From Trichoplax adhaerens (taxonomy: Eukaryota > Animalia > Placozoa), in contig NW_002060954.1 in assembly GCF_000150275.1 (NCBI RefSeq), positions 1,178,001 through 1,242,000 on the forward strand: a stretch of DNA of 64,000 nucleotides, in the 5' to 3' direction. The position numbers were made by a program, and so were the translations under genes. The first letter of the stretch is position 1; each line of letters opens with the position of its first letter. Shown piece after piece: positions 40,282 through 64,000 of the stretch. Under the pieces are notes generated by a model. It did no database searches and had not been told where the DNA came from. It worked only from the letters and a program-made list of their open reading frames with translations.

Positions 40282-43200
40282 TGTATAAATAGGTGCTATA
40301 TATTGCTTTATCCCGCACGATTGGGTGGACTTAAAATTTCTTATTTTACTTCAAATTGGCCTACAGAAAATAAATACTGCCTTAAATAATAAGATACAGA
40401 AAAATTAAGATGGAACAAATATATATATATATACTGAAGCCCTCAAGATTACCAATTAAAGATTAAAAATCTATAAATCTATGCTTCCTATCGATTCTTT
40501 CAATATTAATTGAGCTTTTATTTGCACATTAAGCTGTTAACCGATACTAAGATATCTTGGAAGACTTAAACAAGCCATCATGAAAATATTGAATACAATA
40601 CATAAAGAATTTACAATCAACATTATATAAGTATCGACCATTGCAAAATCAAAGTTTAGATTAATAACAAGCTATAATTACTTTACATTAGCTTTATGTC
40701 GTCCTCAAGACACTTAAATCAACATCTAACGCGTAATCGTACTGAAAAGAAATGGATGTATTACTCAATTGCCTTCAAGTATAAACAACATCATATATAC
40801 TTTTCAACACCGATTTTATAGAAGTATTTTGGATTAACAGTACTTATTCGATATACTCTCTTTTCTTTTAAGCTGTTCCTATAATTTTAAATATGTTTTC
40901 CTTTCTTTCTTATACAATATCATACTTATTTCAGTACATACTGTATCTGTATATAACTGTGAAGTACTGTATGAAGTTTATAACGAGCAAATGATCGTAT
41001 TTCTTTCGCCTTAGGTAATTTTACACACTCATATTTCCTTCTGCTTTGGATCATTTTATTATGATGATTACCACGTAGGGCTATAATAATTTTGACTCCT
41101 ATGACCACTTCATGAGTAATTAATTTGATGCAGGGCTATATATTGGAACTGCTATGCTATCAAGTTATTATAGTAACTTAAGTTTGACATAGATAGCGTC
41201 TATCTTCTTCTATATAAAGCAATATTAGATAATAAGTCTTAATAATATATTATGTTAGAAGTCATATACATATTTATGAAAGCTATCATATTGCTGTTTT
41301 AACAGTTCGTTCATCTGTACTTGATCTAAGCTGATCTTGATTATTCTATGACAAGAAAAATATTGATGCGACGGTAGTAATCTTGTCTTTACCCTTACTG
41401 ATGCTATAAAATACCTTAATTAAGTTTAATTAATAACCAAATTGACTGAAATGTTTATTTGATCTTTTGACTTCGGACGAATGGATAGAACATGCGCCCA
41501 CAAAATTTTTCTTATCTTCTATAAGTGGGCTAGACGATTAGTTGAATTAATGAAATAATTTTTCACTTAATCCCTTCATTTAATTTTTATTCCCTTTTAA
41601 TTGGTAGCGAAGCACTTTTATGATGCTAAATCTGATCAGATCATGTCTATTACTCGATCTGCATTTTATTATCATAATTTAACGAGCAATTTGTTCTATT
41701 GTACTTTTTGCACATTTACTTGATGTCTTATAAAGACCATAAGTTTAAAATAGATGACATAACTTAATAATAATTACGATAATAGCTATCCCATTGTAAA
41801 TCCTTATAATCAGTAGTCTTGAAGCCATTCACGTTGGTAATGACTTTTCCGACAACTAATTCATTATTGCGTTAAACTTGATTTATATTTATATTATGGT
41901 TTAATCTCAGGCAGAATCAAGCAACTCTATAAATCTTAGTAATGTAACAAATAAGATATCAACATTTGTTAATTTATGATTACTAGCTATCAGTTAGCAT
42001 CTATTATATTGAAATTCTTGTATTAAATTGATGTTATAGGTTAATTTTCGTATTTAAATGTAAATAAGTATATCTAGAATGATATAGATATAGGTATACA
42101 AGTTATAGGGACGTAAACATCGATGACTTAAAAACTGTAAGCATCACACTTAATAATACCAGATAGAAACTATCTCTAGCCGTGATAAAATGATGCAATT
42201 GATTTAATACGGCCGTATTTGCACTTTCCTCTACTATGGTATCGTATATGGTGATATTGACTGAACTAGATAAGATTAAGTTCTATCAATAGCTATAAAT
42301 GATACTTATGATTGATTTTCCAATAGCAGGAATGGCAGTAGAAAATAATACCTACTCATGTAGTAACGATTGGTGCTTCTAGTTTACAATGCGTTTTACA
42401 CCTAAAATTTTTTGAAAGGTCACCTTTATTGATTATTTAAGTCATCAATGGCGCAAGTTTTATTAATAATGATAATTACAAAACCAGTGCTGCCATTCTT
42501 TCAATATGTTGTACAATTGTCAAATATGATTCTAGAGTAGGTCCGTGGCTATTAGACGAAAATTGTAATGAATATTTTTATATATGTATACGTTTAAATG
42601 CAACTTTAGGATTAATCGCTGCAACATTGAATAAAAATCTCTGCAACCAAACGTTCAACTTGACTAAATATTCTCTCTGGCTTATCCCACCCACCCTAAC
42701 GAGCAGCGCGGGGGTATTTATACTACTGTTAGATGACTCTGATTATGGGTTCATTTCAATAGGTCAGTATAAGATTCTTACAGGACGTTTTACCTCAAGA
42801 TTTCTTCATGTAAAACGAATAGCGTCTAAGGTAGCAATTTCTGCAGAGTACTGATTTTTAAAATAGTATTCGTTATATCGCCAAGGGTGGCTACTGGGCC
42901 TTTCAATTTTGATTTGATGTAATACTCTGATGAAAATTGAATAAACATAGAATCTTTATAGAGTTTCCTACACAGCCATTTTGATTGTGACATTTTCTCA
43001 TAACAGCAGTTATCGACAGAGCAAGCTTTGCTTGCATACGCAAGCGTTCCTTAAACACACTATAATGATTGGTATAGAATTGACCACATTACTAAGGACA
43101 TTGTACCACACTGTCGATATCTTACAGTACCTGCTAATCTTAACTTGGTATGTCCATCACCGTACATTAGTTATCATAATGTGCTTTGGACTATTAACTA

Positions 43201-44557
43201 ATCTTAATATAGCATTTCATCAGTGAATGCATTATTGAAAAGTAATACTCTACAAGCATAGCTGTGAATATAGTAGTACCTGGCTATTACCGGGATATAT
43301 ATAATGTCGAATGGTAATACTATCTGTTAATTATTAACAAATGGGTACATTATCGCAAAAAGTCAGCAAAGCGACGTGAGTTTGTACTAGTATCTATGAT
43401 TTCTAGAAAGCGTTGTCTAAGATACAGTGATAAACAGCTAAATACTGCAAAATGCAGTATGGAGTAGATCACCAAATTTAAAGTTTAATTCTTTGTTTGG
43501 TGAATGAAATTACATGCTTTTAGTAGGAATTACTGTAGCAATGATTGTGTTACAACAGATTTTAGGTTATACCGGAACTTGTAGATGAGATTATTTGATT
43601 ACAGTGCGCACCTTTAAGACTGTAATTCCACCTAATAGTATACCATAAATGATTCGTGAATTCATGGGAAATGTGAAAGCTTGCGATACTATTACTTGCA
43701 ACTGTTGCCGAAGAGCACTTAAGCCTAGTAGGTTGCACAATAATATTCGGTCGTTTAATTTCTAACCTATACACGTAGTTAGTTAACTAACGTAAAATCA
43801 AAGACATTTAGGTCAGTGTGAAAAATTTAATTTAGGTGTACAATCAATTCCAATAGTATCATGAAATTATAGATTTATTCCTACGTTATTGGTTTCTACA
43901 TTATTCTTGTTGTAAAAAATGGTTTATAACAAGGAATTTCTTTGATTAGTTTATCTAAATTTGTACTCTATATTGCATAGTTCTTCAATTACAAACTTTT
44001 CTAATGCTAAATACTGTGGTAATCACTCCTATTCTCTGTTTAATACAGAGTGAGGGCCTTTATAGCTAGCTGTCATTGCCATCAATTATGGCTCATATTA
44101 ATTCGTACTAGCTTAATGTCCAGTTGCTTCGCTAATAGAGATATCACAGTTCATAGGCTGCTGAATAATGCAGAATTGCAACATTGTACTATTGGGTAAT
44201 TATCTAATGTTAACCATTGCATAACTCGCGTATTTACAGGAAAAATATAAGCAGCATTATGAATCACAGTCCACAGCAACGCGATACGTTACTGGACTAG
44301 TACCACTTGTAAAGTTCAGTAGACTAGTTATTGATATTATAGTCTGGTGCTAAGGGTTATAGTAAGAAAGTAGCTTGAAGAATCCTAGGTAAGTAAGGAG
44401 AATTCTACAAGCGACTGCTCGTACAAATTTTGCATAGTAAATTGTAACCCCGTGAATCGAATATTATACTAACGGTATTAATTCTGACATACGAATAGCT
44501 TAAACAATATAGCCATTTTTTACTTTTATTACTATGCTATAGGGCCATAGCATTCAT

Positions 44558-44825
44558 ATCCATAAAGTAGAAGCCGATTTTTTGTAATTGCATCACGTCC
44601 AAACGGAGAGTGGGAGGTGAAAATTATGCTTACCTTTGGAATAAGCATTAAGTGTAGATGGTCCTCGTCGACTTTAAAATGGCGAAAGAACTTTGATAAA
44701 AATATTTCAACCTCTAAACCATTAAACTGTATGGTGGAGCACTGTCGCCTACCGTTACCTACTTTCGAACATACTTTCAAATGACGCGATTAACCGTGCG
44801 CAACGCACGAGTCAACAGTGACTTG
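44558..44825 (+). mobile_element. Possible short non-autonomous Helitron
   Basis: GC hairpin CGTGCG-CAA-CGCACG (44795-44809) followed 12 nt later by CTTG|T (degenerate CTAG). The 5' end is guessed at A|TCCATAAAG. Confidence 0.35.
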
Positions 44826-45255
44826 TTTATGATTTCATTACCACGCTGGTAAACTCCAAAATGGACAGAGCCTAATTATTACAGAGTGAAGAAGTTTCCC
44901 GGCGAAGCAAAGGCCTCTGCTGCCAAGTGTAATAATATCTTCTTTAAGTAGCGTAAAGTATTTTAAGGTAGACGATGATAGAAGGTATAAAGGATTTTAT
45001 TGAGATATAAGTTATAGGCTAACAATGATATGGTTATTATAGATAAGGTATTTGAGATAGCAGGAATGTAGGAACTGACTAACGAGTTAGCTTACAAGGG
45101 TATTTATAGGTTTTAGATGAGATTGAGATAATGTCTTTATATGTATAGCATGTCGTCTATATGTCGCCATGATGTACATTATGAATGTAATGCAATACAG
45201 TACTTAAATGGTATATGATAAGTATTCGTATATTAGGATATTACTATACTAGGCA

Positions 45256-45961
45256 TCTTCTATATAAGATCATAATGTTACATGCAAAGGAGACAAAGTC
45301 AAGCTCGAACCTCCTGATGCCTTGAAGACTCTCCTCACAGACGATTCATCAGATGCAAAGCATGTTTGAGAAAACATTTGGAAGGACAACTCGGCCTTTA
45401 TGTTCGCGAGCTTCGGATACGACAAGGACCTCACCAATCGCAGGTTCTTCACCACCTTCGAACTTCAGGGCCAAGTAAATCACCGTATTGGGGGTCTTCG
45501 ACTCATTCCGAACGAAGAATTAATTTATATCCAAGTCTACTTTATTGATGGGGTCAGAGAAGCTATGCTAATCAAAGGTGCGCCCTGAACAAAGGAGTCA
45601 AGCAGAACAATATTCTCGATCTTCAGGAGATGCTGCACTCCACTCACACATACGTGGAAAGCTTCAAGTCCGCTCTGGAGAATATGGATTTGCCCGAATA
45701 CTGAATTGTAATTGATGCCTTCAAGAGACCATATACTGAGCACCACCGACAAACGAGGTTGCTTTAACTATGGTCGGAGAAGCGAACGGAACGCGCGACG
45801 ATCAACTCATTTACGCATATGCGGCTAATAAAATAGTATGTATTGTATAATTGAATCATAAAGTGCGAATTTAGGGCGTGTATACAGATATTTTGCGTGA
45901 AGTAATAGACTAACACGTTTAGTGTAGAAAAGCCCGGCTACGCTGGGTTTACTCTGGCTAA
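45256..45961 (+). mobile_element. Internally deleted, degenerate Helitron
   Basis: Candidate 5' end A|TCTTCTATATAAG (45256); RepHel-like coding remnant; 3' hairpin AGCCCGGC-TAC-GCTGGGTT (45931-45949) followed by CTAA|T (CTRR, 45958-45961); flanked by A and T, no obvious TSD. The termini are less certain than the coding remnant. Confidence 0.75.
45280..45812 (+). pseudogene. Helitron Rep/helicase N-terminal fragment with stops and frameshifts
   Basis: CKGDKVKLEPPDALKTLL...*ENIWKDNSAFMFASFG...TFELQGQVNHRIGGL...IQVYFIDG; after a frameshift LQEMLHSTHTYVESFKSALE...*IVIDAFKRPYTEH; after another APPTNEVALTMVG...TRD. These follow the order of the conserved RepHel motifs NIRxYNSxF, QGQxYHxIGSL, QIYFxD, LQxML, NAP..EVA, RDI. 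Confidence 0.85.
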
Positions 45962-47063
45962 TAATCTATAAGTGAACGTTGAAAGTTTAATGATTTAAGA
46001 GCCTAACAGAACTTCTGATAATTCTATTACAACGTTCACGGGGTAAGTGGTATTTGATGAGTACTTCAAAATGTTCAATTACTGTCTATCAATTTCGTTA
46101 TTAGCTCAGTTTTTAAATTAAGATGCATGGATATCAAACATTTCTGATCAATGAAAAGTATGTAGTGGTTATCCAACTTATCCTCTTAAGCTACGATCGT
46201 AGTGTTGATAAGACTGCTTCTTTAAAGAGATATAGTATTTGTAATACCTTGACTACAGCAGTAAGAAAATTCAGCTGGTAGAGAATAATGATTATAAGTC
46301 AAGAAGAATGTTAGTACGATATTATGTTTGTCAATCCATTTACTTAATTAAAACCCATTGATGAATGTTACATACATAAATTACTTATGAATGCTGATAT
46401 AATCTTCAGTAATACTGCAATGTAAGGAAATTAATACGTGAACTTTAAAAGTCACAAGTCTGCAATCACGATAAAATTAATTCATGTTCTATGACAAATG
46501 GATGATATCCTATTTCTCTTTCATTTACAACGGCTTTACGTATATATATATAATACAGTGGCATTAATTGAGTTCGGTAATGATTAGTAAAACTAGTCTG
46601 GTAATCAAATTTCATATTTTTTTATCATCAGTTGTCTTGTCGTAGAGCGGGCAGGGTTAAACCAATTTATAACCATAATCTAGGGTATTTTTATCGCTAA
46701 CATGATCGAAATAATGCTTGCTTTATAATTTGCTGTAAATTGAATAACAAATAATTAATATAATCAGTAAGAACGACGGTAACCACTATAGTAGATGAGA
46801 TCATAATAGGAATTATTAGGTACACTAGTATGCGATAAATAATTAAGGAAATGCTTAAAATTTCTTATTATAAACTGGTTATACAATGTTACAATAAAAT
46901 ATCCACTCGCAATTTAGCAGTTAAAGATAATTGCACCGGGTCCTCCATCTAAAATTTAGTACTAATAATTCCCTATAAATCACAATAGAATATACGCGAA
47001 GTATGATTTAACTATTATTAAGGGGTTCTGAAAAATTGTGATTATTCATTAAGTCAGCTATCG

Positions 47064-60012
<12,949 letters not shown>

Positions 60013-61400
60013 GATGTTTAATTTAAAGTCTTAATCGGAACTTTCCTTTTTCCACTCAATAGCAAGATCGAGGGTGATATGACGTTCTTATTAACTATTT
60101 CTTGACCACAACTAAAAAGTAATTCTAATTGATACTAGTTCAAGGAAGACTTAGGAAGTAAATTTTCAGCCAAAATATAGCGATTTAAAGGATCTAGGCG
60201 ATGAAAATATAAACAGTAATATTAGCAAGGCAGCGGCTTTTAATAAAAATTTATACAACATTTAATTCATTGGTTTAGGTATTTAGTAATCTTGACGTTT
60301 TAGACTGGAGAATTCAGGATTCTACGTGCGTGTACTCTCATATGTAGGCAGACTATATAGATAATGGATAGTGCGGTTACAAATCTAATATTTTCGATAA
60401 TATTAATGGTTTGGATCTTGTCTTCATAAAGTATCAAAAACAATCATAGTAATCAGTTTCAATTGGGTTTAAAAGATATGCGAGACTTCCTCACGTTTAA
60501 CTAATCGATGTGCGTATAATCTCGCTCTCATCACTCTGATCAATAAGCAAATGTTATCTTATTGTTGTACTAAATGTTTGTCTTTTCTTCTTCTTATTAT
60601 GTCAACTTGACTTCCTTGTACTTCTTTGAAATTCAAGTCGCCACTTGAATTCGAGTCAATTATAGCAAATGTAAGTTAGAAGAAAGTGAGAAATCGTCAA
60701 TAATAGAGAAAATTTTATATACACTAGTCAATTGATTGCATGGCACACTGCAAAACGAATTGGTTTTAAACATTCTAAAACGCTAATAATAGAATAGTTA
60801 TAATACTTAGTTTCTAAAATGTAAAGAGGAAAAAGTGTTGAAACTGATTTTTGTGTTGCATGTAAAATTAGTCAGGTAAAAAGTGAATTTTTGCATTACA
60901 GTACTACTCGTATAAAAGATAAAGATATGAATCTATTTTTAAATCGAATGATCGATTACAGTATGGTTACTCCGTTATTACCTTTCAATACTTTCGGTGA
61001 AGGCATGGAAAATAAAGCGTTCAAATAAGTTCATAGATCACTAAAATAACGATACACAGAATCTAAACTCAGTTATGATCTTAAATGCGAGGTGTAATCG
61101 ATTGTTATCGTCATTTCTAGAGTCAATGCTTGAAAGACTGGGCTGAAATGAATGTTGGTTTCTTAGCAATAACAATTCGAATTATCTAATCTATTATGCA
61201 CTGTATTAGAAAATAGATTAGATCTCTCGCATAGTGAGTACATTTGATGAAGAAATTGTGAATGTAGGAGCGACTTACCGTTGTATCTTTTAATAACAAT
61301 AATCTTCTAAGAGTAATTCAATTATTAATAGATGGTATCATCAACAATTGCACCAGCACTGAAGTTATAAAGTAGAATTTGTTCTCTTTTTCATAGCACA
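60013..61400 (-). other. Predicted PKC 5' UTR with an intron (donor at 61279, acceptor at 60111)
   Basis: Minus-strand donor ACG|gtaagt and acceptor ...actttttag|TTGTGG; in-frame TAA 7 codons upstream of the ATG at 60012. The upstream boundary is approximate. Confidence 0.4.
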
Positions 61401-62801
61401 TTTACTCAGTCCGCAATTGAGTCTACTACACTTTAAGATATTTTAGTAACACGTATACTGGTTGTGCAACGCTTTAAACCATGGGCAGAAAGCCCGCTGT
61501 GATACGGTGAAAATAACAATGATTATGTACACAGTCTAATTTGGTATCACCCTTTCTATTGGTCTATTAAGTGGTATTTGTAACAATAGAACAAGAAGTT
61601 CAATTAAGAACTACTACTGTACTGTATAAATTCTTTTCCATGACAATACTGTATCAGTTGTACTGACGTTGTTATAATTTTACAATCCTCTTGAATTGCT
61701 GATAAAAAATTCATCTTATAAGTGAAGGACGTTCCTTCTAATGACTAAGATATAATACATCCAGATGAATAAGGCATTGTCTAATATTGTATTTCGATTC
61801 AATACTGTATGAAGTTTTAGAAATATTCTATTGTTATGCTACACCATATTTACTGTATTGTATGGCGTATCACATATTATTACAGCGAGTAATTATTATT
61901 GATCAAAATTTTTATCACTGTATAGAAAATGCTAGGCATAGTAAGAGTCTAAATTTAAGTATTGACTTTATTAACATGTATCATAGACTAGTTAAGTATG
62001 AGTTAATTTAAGGTATCTGCGCCTTGTTGCTGTCGATGTCATTCTATAAATGTAACAGTGGTGCCATATGAGTAAATATAGAAATAAACTGCTATGATAT
62101 AAGATTGTATGTATGCTCTAAAAATGAATTATCTCGTCACATTGCACTGGTTAGATCAGCACTTAGAAATTTATATGGTAGACATTAGCCAATTTTTAGG
62201 TCTAGTCTAATGATCCTATACATATCCAACTCTCTCTGAATTCTTAGTAAATAAAAATAAAAATAATCGCTGCCAGCATCTGCAATTTTTTTTACATTTT
62301 TGGGGGTTTAACTTTCAATTATAAAAGTTTTAAACATTAAATATAGTATTTTATTGTAGGCGTTTGTTTCAGTCAAAGAGTGTGAAAGCGAAAGGTTTGG
62401 TTAATGCTGTCGTTCTGTAAGTCAGATTCTCTCCCGCTCTCATTAAAGTTTATTTTGAACTGTGATGTATTAAACATATCTCATAATTTAATTTAAATCA
62501 AATTCTAAACGTGCCTTGTAATTTCAAGATGATGTGACGTTGAAATTAGATGTCAGTAATACGCCTCAGCCACTATATACAGTACATACGCGTACGTTGT
62601 ATATTATATCGCGTGTGATTTGCGACATTAGGATAATCATGCTGGAAAAGGGTAGATGTATCAAGGTAGCCGTTAAACACAAAAATCCACTTCATTCATA
62701 ATAGTATTATCGGTATGTTCAATCATTTAATACTCATAAGTAAGAAAGCCTTCCACACTGTATAGAGAACTGGCTCACACCGTTACTTTGGCCAATGAAA
62801 C

Positions 62802-63142
62802 TATACAGTACGACGTACTGTGCACTGTACTGTACAGTACAGTACTGTAGACAAAGTGAGTTCGTAAGAACTGTACAGTATTAAGTCGGCCTACAAAGTA
62901 AGTCGGGACCGGATCGAATCTGTCAATTTGGTCGAAATCCAATTTATCTGCTGTGCAGTGTACTGTATTATGTACAGTACTGTACTGTACATAGTACAGA
63001 CAGTACAGTTCAGTACAGTACACTGAGTACAGTACAGTACAGGTGTACAGTACTTAGCGCAGCACAATGTACTGTACTGTACTGTACTTTATTTTTTAAA
63101 GATTATGCTCTGTGCTAGACTGTGTGCAGTACTGTACTGTAC
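62802..63142. repeat. Degenerate TACAG/CTGTA pentamer array in both orientations
   Basis: Many GTACA/TGTAC units that switch orientation, e.g. the 20-bp palindrome ACTGTACTGTACAGTACAGT at 62824-62843; a unique core lies at ~62880-62950. Confidence 0.85.
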
Positions 63143-63208
63143 ATTGGACACTGGATAGTTGATACGAATCATACGATGCCGTCAGTGAGTTGAAAAGAAT
63201 CTGCCATC

Positions 63209-63932
63209 ATGGCTGCCATAATGAATAAGATAACAAATTTTATTCACAGTTACTATATTTTATCACCTGATCAAGAATTAGACTTGCTACGAAATTTAGC
63301 TATTGGTATGTTCGGCCTTGGTGCTTGCACCTTACCTAGCCTAATGTTTCTGACAGCACCGTATGGAAGATATACTCGTGATGGCTTTGGATACACCATT
63401 AATGGCAAGCTAATGTGGTTTATACAGGAAATGCCTTCTCTTTTGATACCGATTATCATGCTATTTGAGGACGATGCCGACCAAATACATAACTTACCAA
63501 ATCGCATCCTGCTAGGACAATTTTTACTTCATTATACTCAAAGGTTTGTAGTTTGTATCTGTAAAGGACGTACAAATATTACTATATGTATTTCACAGCA
63601 TTTCTAAATGATTTACAATTACGCATTTTTATCTCTATACTGTACTTACGTACTGTATAACAGAACATTAATTTTCCCTTTCCTGTTACGTGGAGGCAAG
63701 CCGACTCCGGCAATGGTTGGGCTTATGGCTACCTGCTTTTGCATTTATAATGGTTATTTGCAAGGAAGATACTTAACAGCGTTTGCAGTATACGATAGAT
63801 CATGGCTAGCTGACCCAAGATTTATCATTGGTAGTTGTCTCTTTATTGCCGGTTTCTGTATTAATATTCACTCCGATCATATTTTGAGAAATTTAAGGAA
63901 ACCGGGAGAAACGGGATATAAGATACCTAGAG
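63209..63932 (+). CDS. SRD5A1: Steroid 5-alpha-reductase (3-oxo-5-alpha-steroid 4-dehydrogenase, SRD5A1/2 family); exons 63209-63543 and 63664-63932; continues beyond the window
   Basis: Motifs APYGRY, WFIQEMPS, HYTQR|TLIFPFLLRGGKP, NGYLQ, DPRFIIG, INIHSDHILRNLRKPGETGYKIPRG; phase-2 GT-AG intron 63544-63663. Confidence 0.93.
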
Positions 63933-64000
63933 GCAAGAAATGCTCAACCTAATACTTGCATATTAACCGTAGCTCTTTCTATTATTGCATTTTTGAATGA

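Noticed and set aside
40690-40696. Brd-box-like AGCTTTA downstream of the Delta stop
   Set aside because: A single AT-rich 7-mer is expected by chance, and the cognate miRNAs are bilaterian.
44532-44780. 82-aa minus-strand ORF
   Set aside because: No recognisable homology; lies within probable Helitron-derived sequence.
60290-60345. NSPV* resembling the PKC-epsilon C2 motif TNSPAW
   Set aside because: Flanking residues do not match and there are no splice sites; chance similarity.
62775-63023. 82-aa minus-strand ORF
   Set aside because: Merely the translation of the pentamer repeat.

Overview
AT-rich eukaryotic (animal) genomic DNA with short GT-AG introns. Composition and gene style suggest an early-branching metazoan, probably a placozoan such as Trichoplax (inference only). 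Three spliced genes could be reconstructed by hand: (1) a complete Delta-type Notch ligand on + (13 coding exons, 28417-40281, ~875 aa; signal peptide, MNNL/C2, DSL, 10 EGF, Ser/Thr stalk, TM, intracellular tail), preceded by ~25 kb with no credible coding sequence; (2) a PKC-epsilon/eta-like kinase on - (17 coding exons, 60012-47064, ~585 aa) that appears to lack any C2 domain and has Tyr at the C1B DAG-affinity position; (3) the first two exons of a steroid 5-alpha-reductase on + (63209 to the window end) with a probable GC-AG intron. A decayed, internally deleted Helitron carrying a RepHel fragment lies between Delta and PKC. Non-coding features include twin perfect palindromes in a Delta intron, E-box/N-box and RFX X-box clusters around Delta, a candidate poison exon in PKC and a TACAG/CTGTA fold-back array in the PKC-SRD5A head-to-head interval. 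All gene models are manual and lack transcript support.
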